A stretch of DNA of 64,000 nt from the human T2T-CHM13v2.0 reference genome, Homo sapiens (GCF_009914755.1 NC_060947.1), one strand, 5' to 3'. Numbered from the stretch's first letter, positions 1-14,829 are shown. Notes: generated by a model not told the origin, from the sequence alone. Translations and numbers: made by a program.

Positions 1-460
1 AACAGAGGATACACGGCCTGCGGTGTAAAATGAAGCAGCCTTTCAGCGCTGGGTTTTATAGCAAAGTTGCCTGCCCAGGGTCAGGTCTTTTTATGCAAAT
101 GAAGGATTGAATCTCAGTTCCGATTGGTCAGTGCAGCTGAGCCCTGATTGGCCATGGCAGGTGACTCTGATTGTTTGGCTTAGGTGTGATCTGATTAGTT
201 ACTTTCCAAGCTCAAAACCAGAAGTCTTTGTCACCTGTTTCTTCCAAATGGCGGGTGGAGGGCTGGCATATCTTGGCACTCACAACGGGAACTGGTTTGG
301 AGAAAGGTCCTGTGATGCTTTTACAACGTCTTTCTCAGAACACAGAGTACATGATCACTCCCTCACCCAGCCATAGCTGCCTGGTTCTGTTTTAACTTGG
401 AGCACCTCAGTTTGCCATGGGGAGCCCATTTTGTCTGTTGGCTAGGGGCATACTTTAACA
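1..460. mobile_element. Probable ERV-type LTR fragment (window edge)
   Basis: Octamer ATGCAAAT at 93-100 and repeated GATTGG (reverse CCAAT) at ~122-151, GC-richer than the flank; family not determined. Confidence 0.4.
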
Positions 461-3163
461 ATTGCATGTTAAAAAATATGTACCTCCCTAAAATGAATAT
501 TACTTGGTTGTCACCTATTATTTTTTAACATACAGTTGGATTTTATGGCTGCATAAAAATATTTGACAACTTCTTAATTTTCTTTTATGTTTATTCAATC
601 ACTCGGGTTTTCTACCTCTTCTTTTTGGTAGTGCACATATTTCTATAAGACCATCTAGTTCTTATGAATTTTCAAATATTTGACATAGAGTTCTAATCAT
701 ATAGTTCCATAATATTTTTAATTTCCTATATCTGTGGCTATGTGCCCTTTGTGATTTCTAATGCTTTTCCTTCCTGGTGAGCTGCACCAGTGTTTTTTCT
801 GTCTTGTTAATCCTTTGAAGGAACTGGCTCCTGGTTTTGCTTATTAATTTTTTTTGTTTTTCTCTTTTGTTTTCCACTTTTACTTCCTTTTATTTTGTTA
901 TGTTCTAGAGTTTATACATGCTGAATTAGAAAGCATTCCATCATTTTATTAATAATAATGGTAACTCACAGATCTATGAATTTTCTTCTGCATTCAGTTT
1001 TGGTCATAATCAATGGGTTTTGATATGAAATGTTTTCATATTTTATTGTGTCTTCTATTCTTTTTAGTCCTGTAATTAGCATGCTGACTTCTATTTTGAC
1101 TGAGAACGTTTTAGAAAAAAAAATTTGTTTAATTTTGCACCACTGGATAGATTTTTGAAACATTTTTCACAAATAATAACACAAAATACAGGTCAGAATA
1201 CAATGAAACTGCTACCCTCAGACATTGCTGGTACTATTTTAAGTTGCTATGTATCATTTAGAAATTATTTTGAAAAGCATAGAAAAATATTTAGCATATT
1301 TTTAAGTGAAAAAAATACAGGATACCAAATCATATATACTTTAATAACATGTAATAATGCAACAAATAAATGAGTGCATGGGGGAAAGGTCAGAAGAAGA
1401 GCTAGCAACATTGTGGGTTTCTTTTATACTATGATTTTACAAATCATCTTTTTGTTTTATAAATCTTCTTTTATTATATGTTTATGTAAAAAGTAATATT
1501 TTCTATTTATTGAATGCTTGCTATATTCTCAGAACCTGATATATAATACCCTTTATCTTTACATATAACACTATCCAGTTCTGCAACTTCACCATTTTAA
1601 AGTCAAATTGAGAAATTTGCCAAAGGTCATACAACATGAAATTATGGAATCTGTGTATCTCACTTCCAAAGCCCTTGCTCTTTCTACTATACCAGGGGTT
1701 CTTAATCTAGGATTTGTGAGTTTGCTTGACAAAGAGATTGTGTCTCAAACTTAAATGTAACATTTCCTTCTTTTCTGAATGTAGGTAGTAAGTCACAGAA
1801 GTATTAGTAGCTGTGACTTTGCAAACAATAGAATTCATAGATATTCTCATGTCATATTACTCTTGTTGCAGATATTGTAAAATCTTAATTTTACAATATG
1901 CAGAAATGCTAGCAGTTACTAAATCCACTATTGTACCTTGGAATTTAATGTGTTAGCAAATAATACATATGTTATTATATCACAAATTTGGCTTTAAAAT
2001 TTTTGTTGTGTTTTAATATAATTATTTTCCTTTGGAATCCTGTGTGGCTTATTTTATACACTTGAAAACTTTTTTTCTGAGGAGCCCAACTGAAGCTATA
2101 TCATGATGCTGGCTATATTATTACAAATTTAGAAGTAACTCTTACGATGCATTAATAGTCTACTGTTTAAAATTTTAAATTCCATTTTAAAATTGTTTCA
2201 TATTCAGGAAAACAGTTATAGAAAAATTGTAACAAATATAATTACAATCTGTTTTCTGCTAATTTATTTTAAGTTGCCGTATGTAATTCTAAGAGCCCTA
2301 AAAAAATCAAATAAATAATTACCCTTTGTAAGACCCCCTATGTAGTAGCAGTAACCTAAATTTATGACAGTATCAGCGCTTGGGCCTTACCAAGCTGTGA
2401 ACTCCAGCCTCTGAATTGGTGATTATTTGTGTTCTTGATGGGAATGAGTAGAGCAAGTCAGTAAAAAAAGATGATGTAGGTAATGGCACTTTGGAAGCTG
2501 TAAACTACTGTAAAAATGTTACTTGTTAAAAATAATCTGAATAATATTTGTGGCAAATATGGGTAAAAGAAAAAAGGTCTTTCATAGGGAATTTAGAGGC
2601 CTGTGATTTAATTTAAGGCGAATGTCTCAAAAATAATCTGTCTTGTAGCTGCGTTTGCTATATGATGTTATCATTGTGAAAGGTTGCTGCCTTTTCCTAT
2701 TCATCTTATTCCCTTGTTTGCTCACAGCACAGATTGTATAAAATCTTGCCCATTTATTTTTACAGTCTCTGCTTTTTGTCATATATAAACAAAAACCCAG
2801 CTTAGAGGTAATGTCTGCAGAAACACAGCATATTTACTTTTTTAAAGGAACAGTCACGTATCACTTTGCTTCTTTTCAAGATAAATAAAAGTAGAGCAAT
2901 TTGTCTGTCTTTTTTTACTTTAATTACTGGATGACAGAAAGAATGAGATCCTTGAAAATTCCAAACTGCTTTGCTTTGCAAACTCTAAGAATAGTTGGAT
3001 TTGCTTGCCAGCATAATTTGTTGTGAAACATACACAGTTATATAATGGATCTTCTTCTTTAACAGAGAAAATGTGTTTCTTAAAATACTTAATTATATAA
3101 TTCTGGAAAGAAAATTATGCTAAAACTTTAATAGAAGAGGAAGAAGCAACCCAAGGTCCATAA

Positions 3164-3370
<207 letters not shown>

Positions 3371-4693
3371 AAGGCTCTATCTTCCACTGTGGCCCTGCAG
3401 AGATCCCCTGAGCCAAGCCGAGGCAGTTTCCACATAAGCCACATTCAATGGTATCGCAACCATGAGCCTTAACATTGCCATCAGAAGGAAGGAATCAGGC
3501 AGGTGAAGGCAACATGATGCCAGATTTGAGAAAGGATCTGCAAAATAAAGATACCACAATTCATCTTAAAACTGCAGAGATTTAATGTGTCAGGGAATAG
3601 ATGTGAAACAAGGGATCATAGGAAAAGGGGAAAGAGAAATGATCTGTTTTTCAGTTATGACATAGAAAACCAAACTGCAAGTGTAGACTATGACAAAAAA
3701 TACACTAATACCTTTGCAATCTGAATGAGAATTTGACCATTTGTGTGTGCCCTCTACCCTTAAATTCAGAAATAAAGACAATAAAAAATTAAAATAATTG
3801 CCCAGCTGAAAACTGCTATGAGGAATGGATTGTCAGGTTGCTGAAGTATAAAAATAAACTCTTGGTTGTCCTGTGCTTATACTTATTGAAATTTATGGTT
3901 TTTACTGAGCAAAGATATTTGCATATGAATCTCTATTTTTTTCATTACCCTGGGCAATTTAAAGAAATCATATCATAGCGTAGTTCAGATACTAAAATTT
4001 GAAGTTTCCTTAGGCCCTAGAACATCTCTTTTCCTGGTTCCTTTTTTTTCCTCAAAGCTCAATTAGAATAGCAAAATTTATAAGCTAGTAAACTTATACT
4101 ATAGCAAGTGTTGCTGTAAAGTGTTTTTCTCCATAGGAAGTGTGAACTGTGTATTGTCTATTGTTAGTAATTTTAAAAATGCCTTTATGTACATAATCTT
4201 GATGGAGCTATTAGCTGAACTATAAAATATGCTCTTGGTAAATATCACTAATTTCAAAGATCAGGGGAACCACTACAAAGACGTGTCATTTCTGCCTTTG
4301 TTTGGGACAGGCAGACAGGCTGAGGAAGTCACCAGTGATTGTGGAAATAATTTTGCTCCATTTTATACTATTAAATGAAGAGATGAGTGAATTCTGTGGT
4401 TGGTTACCTTACCTTCCAAGATACAGGGTCCACTAGAAATTGGCTGTAATACTCATTGAGCCAAGTTGTCATATCAAATTCAACCCTGCTGTAAACACAT
4501 AGAAGTTGTGAAACTGCTTCAAGTAAATAGTGGTTTGCAGAACACTGTAGGAGCATCTGTCACTTCATTATGCAGAGCATAAGTTGATCCTTTTCCTAGA
4601 ATTTTGTCAGTGGCAATTGCATATATCAGATTGAGTAGGAAATTGTGTACTGTATAAGACTTATTTAAATAGTCATTAAATATTTGGATATAT

Positions 4694-4695
<2 letters not shown>

Positions 4696-4723
<28 letters not shown>
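4696..4723. repeat. (TG)n microsatellite
   Basis: Direct inspection. Confidence 0.95.
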
Positions 4724-4727
<4 letters not shown>

Positions 4728-7700
4728 GTGTGTATTCCATATCTATTCCCATGTAAATCCAAATACTTATTCTTTATTTCAGTAATTCTTAACTTGAATC
4801 ATAGACTTTGGAACGAGTTAGGGAATGCTCTGTTGCCTAAAAAGCAAACCTACAAGTATGTTGGTGTGTGTATGTGTATGGACCAGTTTGTTTGTGTGTG
4901 TGTGTGCTCATTTTGAGGGGACAAGGATCTCTAGCATTCATAACATTCTCAAAGAATCTGACCAAAGAAAGGTAACAACTATCTTTGTGTATTTTATGAC
5001 TGTGTGTGTTTGCACTCATTGCAATAAAGTAGGACAAAATGATTTTGAAATGCATACATCTTTTCAGCTTCCTGTTTCATTTTTACATCCTCAGATACAA
5101 CCATATCAAATTGGCCTCAGTTGTTCATCAGTGAAAATGCTCAGTTTGGGGTGATACCACATAAATAGCAGCTTTCAGATGACTCCCCACATTGGGTCCA
5201 GAAGTTCTTTCATATAGGCTGAATATAATAACCATCCTATATACAGAGCTTTATGGAACACATGCAGTTTTTATCGTCCAAGAACCCCTCAAGATGTGTT
5301 TGGTAAATGCTCCAAAGTCTTACAGCTAGAAAAGGACAAAACCAGGATTCAAACCCAGGGTTTCACTTTCTAAGTTTATTTATTCAGTATTCTAGACTAG
5401 AATCTGGGGATACAATAGTGAACAAAATAAACTTTCCCTCAAAGCTACCTTCTGTTTCCATTTGCTGTTCCTTTCACAATTCATCCTTGAGACCTGAAAC
5501 CTAAAGCACTCAGAACTGATACTCTAGTTCATTATCATATCAGTTCCATTTCTAGTAACTTCAGAAAAACAAGACCACTTTCAGGCCTATCTGCCCTTTT
5601 AAGTTCTGATAGGTCTGATGATGATGTGCTAACCATTTTGATTTGTGTGTCAAATCTAAGCAAAGACCATGTTTGAGTATTGTCTTTATGAAATGACATT
5701 TCGGTAAATTAGAAACAACAATAGGCTTGTTTAGCCCTTAAACATGTTGATGAAACTTTTCATTTTCCTGAAAGAATTATAGATTTTGGAAGGTCCTCTT
5801 CTATATTATTTTTCCAAGAAGGGGAAAACGATTCTTACATTTTGCTGTAGGAAAGTGTGGCATGTTACTTCTTATTTAATTATCCAACTTGCCCCCCTTC
5901 TCTGTGGTAGCATTTTTAATGTAGTACTTAAGGCTGTTGTCTCTTAAAGGCTACAGGGGCATTTTCACCACCACTAGTATAACTTTAATATTATTTACTA
6001 TATACAGCATGAGCAATTATAAACCCTGAAGGTAATAGTGGAAATGTTTGAGGATACATTGAAATAGTCTCTCAATAATGGGGAGACTGCATTATGCTTT
6101 GATAGCAAGACATTTTGGAAACCATTACAACTCTGTGTATTTTGTTTCATTAATGTAATTACATACCATCTCTTCCACACACACCCCAGAATATTATACA
6201 TTTTTATTTTGCCCAAGCCTGTTTCAGTCATCAGTTTGTAGTCTTTTACTTCCACTTGTAACTTGATAACTGAGTAGAACAGGGGTTTGCTAGAGTATAT
6301 TTCCCTGTGCTTCTTTAGGTAGTTGACTATGCTATTAAGATAACAGTATTTGCTTACTGATAACTCGAGAAACAGTCATTTTCTTGGTCTGTGCTAAATT
6401 GCATCTCTTCCAGTGGCAGCTTATTTCTTTAACTTTTTTGACATATTAAGATTTTAATCATGGTAATACTGAAATTGTTTCAAATTTGAAAGAGCGAACC
6501 TCAGTAACTTCAATGAAACAAATGGGTTTGTGATTTCTAGCCATGTTAAATGAACACACAATTAAAAGGAAAACCATTAGTGGTGCAAAGAGCCCTGTGC
6601 TGGAAATCTCAAAGTCTTGCTCTGCCACTTTTAGGGGCCACTGTAGTAATAATAATAATCACCCTGTCTACTTCACAGGGTTGTTATAAAAGTTGTCAAT
6701 GATAAAATGGATATAAGTGAGTTTTTTAATGTGCAGATCCTTTATATATTTAAAAGGGATGTTATATTTTACCCACTATATACATAGAAAAATCATGCCC
6801 AGTTATGACTTCCAATAAGAATTTCAACCAAATAGAATCTCTATATGTGGATGTAGTGCTTGAGGTCTGGGTCACTAGATGGATAAAAACCAAGTGTACA
6901 TTTTTTTATATTCTACCACCAGTCCTGAGCACAGCACTTTGCCTCAGAAGGTTCTGATTCACCAAGACTTACTACATGGGAATAGACTGATTTAGCTCAG
7001 GAGCTCCTTTTAATGCAAATATTTATTTTGCTTGCTGAGAACAAAGGATTACAGTGCCAATAACTCAAGAAAAGGAGCAGGCAAGCCAGGTCTGTAGAGA
7101 GAAAATGAACTGGAAAATAAAGTAATTCTGGGGTGAGTTTGATCTGCACTTTAATTCAAGTCTCAGAACCACGTGACATATAGTGATCAAAATATACTCT
7201 CAATTGCATATTAGGCCTTCCTTTGGGGACCTGGGCTATTTATTCAGCACTGTCCCAAATTAATAGCTAAATGACTGAGCCTCAAATTTGCCGAGCCCGT
7301 GTAATATTGGTATAAATTTGGCAAGGAAAGCAAATGAGAAGGCAGGCAAAGGGGTGGGTGAGGGGAAGCTTGCTGAAGCTCAGTATCTCAAAGTGAGTTG
7401 TGGATGCGTGTTTAACACTATAAAGAACCAGTCCATTCTTACCCATGAGTTTTATTGCTTTCTGGGACCTCTAACCCAGGACCACCCCTGATTCACCAAC
7501 TTCTCCTTCTTCTCCTCTTTAAATATTATAGTTCATTGTGATATGTTTTTCCTGTATCTGCTCTATCATGTGACCTCCTTTCGCCTGGGAGGGCAGATTT
7601 TCTCCTTATCTCTTCCATCCATGTCTGTTCTTAGCTAAGAGTTCCAGCCTCAGTACAGCTGGATTACCCTTTGGACAGAAGGGCAGACAACCTCAAGGTC

Positions 7701-8649
7701 AGCAGCAACAGAAGTTGGGCCTAGTAGTCAGATCACAAGTGAGTGTGGCTATTCATGAGAATAGGGTGGTGGTGGCATTTATCCTGCTTCCCCTCCATAA
7801 ATAAACCTGGTAATTTTATTTTTAATGTTACAAAAAAAGTTGATGCTACATTAAATGTTTTACCCTCATCCATTATCATAAATCTCATACTGGAGGTGTG
7901 ATCTCTCTTCTTGTTTCTTTAATTGAAAGTACCAATGAATCGAGGCCTGGTGGATGATGCCTTTAGAGTTTTTTGTTTTGTTTTGTTTTTGTTTTCTTGA
8001 ATCATTGAAACTTGTCATTTTTATCTAGACTCTTCCACAAATGGCAAAGTCACTTATCTGCAGAATTCCCAGAATCTTCTTTTGCCTTTGTGCACCTGCT
8101 AATTACCCCCTCTGAACTGAATTTGAAAAAATTAATTAAAATAACCGAATCACCCATGTTTTTGTTCTTGCAGGGTTTGGTGAGTTATGTGGATTAAAAG
8201 AACAGACTATCCTCTCTCTTTTTTTGTCTTTCTTCTCCCTGTCCAATACTGAGGAAGAAGAGGGAGAAGGGGGTAAAGATACATAAGGCTTAACTACCCA
8301 GGGTTATGAAAACAGTTTGCAAAGTCTTCCTGTTTGCTTCCCTTTTGGTTTTTCTTAGTCCCTGTAGGAAAAAGTTTACCCCTCTGTGTGCGAGTGTGTG
8401 TGTGTGTGTGTGTAAGTAGTTGAGTGAAAAAGAATGAGACTGACTTAAGGAGAGTCAATATCGCATATGAATCAAAAGCCAACATTTAGCTATTAGATAG
8501 ATCTCAGTGAAAGGATATGTTCAAGCTAAGTTGATTAAGTTTATTAAACTTATTTATTAAGCTTGACTAAGCTTATTAAAACTTCTGCTAGGTTGAAGCC
8601 ATTAGTAACCATCTGTAGAAGATAACAGCCATGAGTTTCACAAATACAG

Positions 8650-8970
8650 CAGCAGTGTCTGCTAGAATTGTGCTGTGAGCCACGAATGCAAACCACATAT
8701 GCAATTTTCAAATTTTCTAGTAGCTACCAAAAAGGTAAAAGAAAAAGATGAAATTAATTTTAATAATGTATTTGACTTAGCCTTATATATCCAAAATGAT
8801 AGCATTTCAATATGCAATCAATATAAAAACATGAATGAGCTATTTTACATTTTTGTACTGAGTCTTCAAACTCTAGTGTGTATTTTATACTTACTATACA
8901 TCTCCAGTCTCGAAGTAGCCACATTTCAAGTGTATAAGAGCTGCATGTGAGTTGGCTATTGTATTGGACA
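8650..8970. mobile_element. hAT-Charlie DNA transposon remnant (MER33/MER3-like)
   Basis: Typical ends ...gtagccacatttcaagtg...tattggacag; ~320 bp. Confidence 0.6.
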
Positions 8971-9615
8971 GTCCCATTCCTGTTTCCTAGTATTGATAAA
9001 GTCTTCCTACCTTCCTTCGTTGTTATGGGAGAAAATGTAAACAGAACCTGCCTATTACACGAGAGCTGCAATATTTCCCCAAATGCAGCCCAGCAGTACC
9101 ATGAGCTGCCCTGTGGAAAAATTTAATCTGTGATTAAATAAGTTAGGAAAGTTTTATTATTTTACCCCCTTTTGAAGATTACATGGTACATTAACATATT
9201 AAAGATTGAGTAAACTCTCCTGGGTAAAAAAACCTGTTTGACGTTGTTTAGTTGTTGAGTTCTGTGTCTATAAGAATCCTAGAAATTGCCACAAGTGTCT
9301 CTCCATAAGAAAAACTTTGTGTTTTCCTCTCTTTCTCCACTCCTTTTGGGGCCCATTTCTATTTATCTTTGTATTCAGAATCACCCGAGAGCCACAATAT
9401 CTCTTTTGTTCTAGAACAACCACCTCCTAAATTGAAACCAACAGATGGCTTTAAAGTCTTGCACTTGGACATAGATCTTCAGAAAGTACCAAAATATATA
9501 CCTTCCTCTTATTCTTTCAGAAACGGTGAACACTCTAAAAAGATGTGGGGGTGTGGTGGGGGATATGTGAATGTGTATATGTGTAAACACCAAATACATA
9601 CAGTTTCTTAAGTAG

Positions 9616-9920
<305 letters not shown>

Positions 9921-11999
9921 TATTTTTATATTTTGTGTGTGGTGACAATGTACATGCTTTAATGTGTACTGTTCTAGTAATATGTATGAAGTAGCTGTGA
10001 CATAGCAGTCAGTTTTAAAGATACAGACTATAATTGACTACTGTCAATCTTTAACAAGTGATCTTTTTGCAACTTGGTTTTAGTGGGGTCTCTGACGTTG
10101 TCCCCACAAGTTTCATTTTAAAATCTATGCTTAAGTGGCAGTTACCAATATAATTAATTCTGCTGCTGAATTTGGTTCATATTGAATGTGGTAACCCTTA
10201 TATGTGGATATATTCAAACATGTGGATTGATTTAGATCATCCGTTTTGTCTTTGTTTTTTAGGACTTTGCTATTTCAATATTAAAGATGTCTTTTGAATA
10301 CTGTAGCAGCAGTAGAATCCCTATGTTCTTGAAAATGCAAAATGTAACATGAGTTGCACATAGACTCTCTAGCAGTAGAAATGGAATATTCTAAGTGCAG
10401 AAGTTTGGTTTTAGAATCTGTTAAGGAAGGACGGCCCAATCTTTGAAAAGGTACAGCTTTCTCAACTTTGAACATCTGGGGGAACTCTTCTTGGAAGTCT
10501 GAATTTTAATATCTTTAATCCAATGGCTCTAAATTAACAAACATTAAAAAATGGATTTCGTAGAATCAAATTATTAGGGGGAGCACTTTGCAAAGCCATA
10601 TACTGGTGAATATATACTGGGTCAAGCACCACATGTTAGTTTTGGAATGTGTATTTCCCAGCGAATAGAATTTACTGCTCCAAAAAGCTTTTTTGGCATA
10701 AATCACAATACTTACAGAAATATAATTGTATCATTGAAAAAAACAAAGCTCACCTTCCTAATGATACATTTCACAAACTGCACATTAGGGCAATTTCTTA
10801 CTTATGAGGAGGTACAAAGAAATACTCTGTCAATATAGTATAACTGCTTATTTCAAATTGTATCTAGGAATGAATAACTACTATTATTTAAAGTACTACT
10901 GAATTTTGAGGAACTGATCAAAGAATTAGTATTATTAATAAAATTGTACTATTTGCAATATATTTGCCTTGGCACAAATGCAGAGTTAAAAACATAAAAT
11001 TATAAAAAAAAATAATAGTGATTGGTTGTTACTACTTTAAAATCCTACTAATTTCCATTAGCACTAAATCAAACAGCACTTATCTGTTGTATACAAGTAA
11101 AATTTTGAAAGACTCGGACACAAAATGAAAGGCTTTTTAAAAATGTCTTTGCCATAACAGGTTATATGACCTCTTGCTAATTGTTATATTTCCTTAGGGG
11201 CACTTTGAGGCTCTTTCAAAGACATCTGCAGCAATTAGGTCTAAATTTAGAGTAGAATATTTTGCCAGATATTTTACTATATCACAAAATGTCATACTAC
11301 TGTATTTTATAATAAAACCAAATTCTCAAGTATTCTGGTATGTTACATATTAATATACCAAAACATCACTTTCTATAAGTCTATTATTATGTACATAATA
11401 TTTTTAAAAATAATGGGTATTTTGGTCCTAGTGAAAAAGTATAATGCAATACATGACATTAATCTTTAGTCAAAACCCATTGAGGTGTCTGACAGGGAAA
11501 TTAGCAATCATAAGCTATAAGATATATATTATTTTCAAGGACAAAATGGCAAATGATAATACAGAAAGACGTGATCACTGGAGCAAGTTAGCTGGTGTGC
11601 AGACTAAGAAGGATCAACTTGCAAATGCTCATCAGAATTTAGCTTTTGTTATTGGTTGTTCTGCAGGGGATAGTACTAGTCAGTTGATATTGCTTCCCTT
11701 TCATGTGGGAGTTTGCTCACAGCCCACTGCATGGTATAATGAAATCTCTATAAGCAAGATAGAGTCAGAAGCTTAGAGATGCACTTTATGGTTTTTACAA
11801 CTGCTGTTACAATGTTCTAAACACTGTGATCTTTCCAAATGTGTTTTCTGTATTCGTTTTGTACTGTAGAAAATAATTCGCTATAAACTGGACTTTATAG
11901 TGTTTAAAGCGATGTTATTTATTGGCTTATTGCCCCTCCTTATAATACATTTATGTACAGTACACTTAATGTAAAACCTGTGATAATCCTTTGCCTTAA

Positions 12000-12005
12000 A
12001 ATAAA
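12000..12005 (+). terminator. LANCL3: Candidate distal poly(A) signal of LANCL3
   Basis: AATAAA with upstream TGTA motifs and downstream U/GU-rich sequence. Confidence 0.5.
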
Positions 12006-13423
12006 ATCTAATGCTAAATATTCAGTGTCCTGATTAATAATTCTAAGCTACCAATTTTTCCTTTAAAGCTAACCATGATGTCAAGTAAAACATTACACAA
12101 ATACTCTGTGGAGTGTTGCTGCTGATTCTGTATTTGTGGCAGTGTATGTATCTTGGCCCAGGACATGGTGGCCTTCTGGGTTCTATAAATAGACATTAGT
12201 AATCCTTTTAGGGAAAGGGCCTGCTACCTCTCAGCTGCTGGCTGAATCTGCCCCTTAACTCATAAATGGATTTTCTCATGCCACATAAAAAACAGAAAAA
12301 CAGCCCACCACATTCTCTCCCTGTACCTCTTTTTTGGTTTGATTCCTTTTGAATCTTTATATTCTATTTGTGTTTACATTATTTTCCTAAATAGAAAAAT
12401 GCCAGAGATGCCTGAAGATTGAAATCACCCAATTTCAACAGGGGAAGAGATCTTATAATTATTTAAGTCTAATCCCTTTATGGAACCTGAGTTTCAGAAA
12501 GATTTAGTGACTTGATCGAGGTCTGAGGGACGGGGGTGGACTGAGTACATCCTGATATCAAGAAGATGGTGGAAAGTTCAATGGGCTAAAAGGAGTTGTG
12601 TTAGTCTTGGTATTGGCACACCAATAAGCAGAGGTCTGTCTTGGAATAAAAAAAACTACTTCCTTATTAGGCCCTGATCTTTGCCCTGAATTACTTACAG
12701 TTACAGAGGAATATATTTTGTAGGCAGTTTTTCTGGGAGGTAAGGACAGGTTCCTAGAGACGATCTTTGACGCCTTTTCACCACTGGAAGCAATGCTTCA
12801 GACCACTGTATTTGGAAGACAAAGGGACATGCTCACATGGCACAGTGAAAAGTGAAATCTTTTCCCACTTGGTGGTGGGTGCATGACAATATACTTGCAC
12901 TTTGAAAAGCCTCTGTGTGGTCTGGTTATTTTTAAAAGGCCAGAAATGCTGGCCCTTTGAAGAATCACGCGTTTCCTCGGCCCAGAAAATAGACTGGGCT
13001 AGAAAGGCGCCCGGACTCCAATTCTGGGCCCGGGTGGTTGCAGTTTTTCAAAGGGATGTGAACGGTTTCCCAAGATAGGACCCAAGGGACTCTAGGACCC
13101 AGAGGCTGCGCGCGACGCCCGCAGGGCGAACTGCATCCTTTTGAGCTCCCGCTCCATGGCCTGAGCCGTCGTAGGGCGCGGGTTCGCGGCCCGCCAGGGG
13201 ACGGTCACCACAGAGACGCAGCCGGCACTGGCGAGCGAGCGAGCAGGCGGCGCACGGAGCGCGTGGGCGTGTCCCGGCGGGGCTGCGCAGCTCGCCCCAC
13301 CCCACCCCACCCCAGCCAGGTCGGCCGCCCCCACCAGGTCCAGTTCCAGAGCCCAGGCCGGTCGGCCGGGCCCGCGTGCCCTCGGCGGGCTGCGCAGAGC
13401 GCGGGAGCGGTTTGGGGCTGGGC

Positions 13424-13522
13424 ATGCTGGGAGCCCCTCGGGCAACGGCCGCCGCCGCCACAGCCACACAGCCGCCGCCACTGCGTCCGTCCCCGGTGAG
13501 CGCCGCTGACGCGCGGAGATGA
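13424..13522 (+). other. 32-aa upstream ORF whose TGA overlaps the XK ATG
   Basis: ATG 13424 (G at -3), [35 protein letters not shown] 13520-13522 inside ATGA 13519-13522; translation unproven. Confidence 0.5.
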
Positions 13523-13763
13523 AATTCCCGGCCTCGGTGCTGGCGTCCGTGTTCCTGTTCGTGGCCGAGACAACGGCGGCGCTCAGCCTGAGCAGCACCT
13601 ACCGCTCGGGCGGGGACCGCATGTGGCAGGCGCTGACGTTGCTTTTCTCGCTACTGCCTTGCGCGCTCGTGCAGCTCACGCTTCTCTTCGTACACCGCGA
13701 CCTCAGCCGCGACCGCCCGCTCGTACTGCTGCTGCACCTGCTGCAACTTGGGCCCCTTTTCAG
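13519..13763 (+). CDS. XK: XK (Kx blood group antigen, McLeod syndrome) coding exon 1
   Basis: [26 protein letters not shown]...LQLGPLFR; donor CAG|GTGCGT after 245 coding nt. Confidence 0.98.
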
Positions 13764-13977
13764 GTGCGTGCAGAAGCCCAGAGCCAGCCCCAGGCCGCAG
13801 CCTCGGTCCTGTAGCCTGATCTCCCCACCTGCTCGAGTGGAGGGAGGCGGTTTTCCTGTGGAGACAGGTGGCTGAGCCCCAAGCCGGTCCGCCATGCCCC
13901 TCAGCCCCATTATTCCAGTCAGGAACGCGACGAATCATGGCATAATGGTTATAAAGTTGGGGCACACTGAATTCCTG

Positions 13978-14057
13978 TTAGGTTCCGTCAAATGAAATAG
14001 CCAACATTCAACTGAAATTGACCAACAAAAATGGCAGTTTCTTGTGGTTCAACCTCA
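13978..14057. mobile_element. MADE2-like mariner-derived MITE
   Basis: 80-bp imperfect palindrome TTAGGTT...ATGAAAT...AATGGCAGTTTC...GGTTCAACCT. Confidence 0.7.
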
Positions 14058-14715
14058 TTAAAGACATTGGTTTCTCTGGGGTCAAGTAGGCTCTGACAGG
14101 ATTGGCTTGTGTTGTCACAAACCCTTGGGAAGTGTGTTCTAAGCTGTGGTTACGGGGACAGCATGTACAGGTGATTTAATTTTAATTTATCAAACACATG
14201 GAGCTTACTGTGTGCCAAGCACTGTTCTAAAAGCTTTAACAGTATTTAATTCTCATAGGGAAGTCAAGAAATCCATGCACCATTCTTTTCTCTTGGTGGC
14301 GTTACGAATATTATGGGATATGGAAACATATGGGGTTCTAGAAATGTCTTCCGGCCCTGGCAAACTTATAAACGTAGCCATTAAAGCTGGTGCACAATGC
14401 ACCATGAAAACAAAACTTGCTGTGTGTTAAGTAAAGAAAAACTGTTGGTGACATTTCTGGAAATTAATTTTTATTAACACAAAGCAAGTAGAAATACATG
14501 GTAATAAAACAGACTGGCTTATCTAAGGAGTTTAAAATGTGTTGTTTTAGTACCTTTCATCACTATAGGAAAAGCAAAACAAAGGCCGTCCATTTGGATT
14601 AGAAATAAGTTTATAATACTGAATTTTAGACATAGGCGACAGAGGAATTTGAAGAGATGGAAAGGCCAGAGAGACACCTCAGCTGCCAGAAAATTCAGCT
14701 AGCCCTACCAGGAAA

Positions 14716-14790
<75 letters not shown>

Positions 14791-14796
14791 CACACA
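14716..14796. repeat. Compound (CT)n(CA)n microsatellite
   Basis: Direct inspection. Confidence 0.95.
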
Positions 14797-14829
14797 TTGA
14801 GGAGCAAGATAAATTTTACAAAGTTATAA

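Larger units (their letters stand above)
12960..13930 (+). promoter_or_regulatory. XK: CpG-island promoter / exon 1 region of XK
   Basis: Sharp rise in GC and CpG; AGATAG (GATA) 13073-13078; CCCCA repeats 13295-13313; no TATA box evident. Confidence 0.9.

Noticed and set aside
13048-13965. Several 100-168 aa antisense and alternate-frame ORFs
   Set aside because: Stop-poor CpG island; low-complexity products with no recognisable domain
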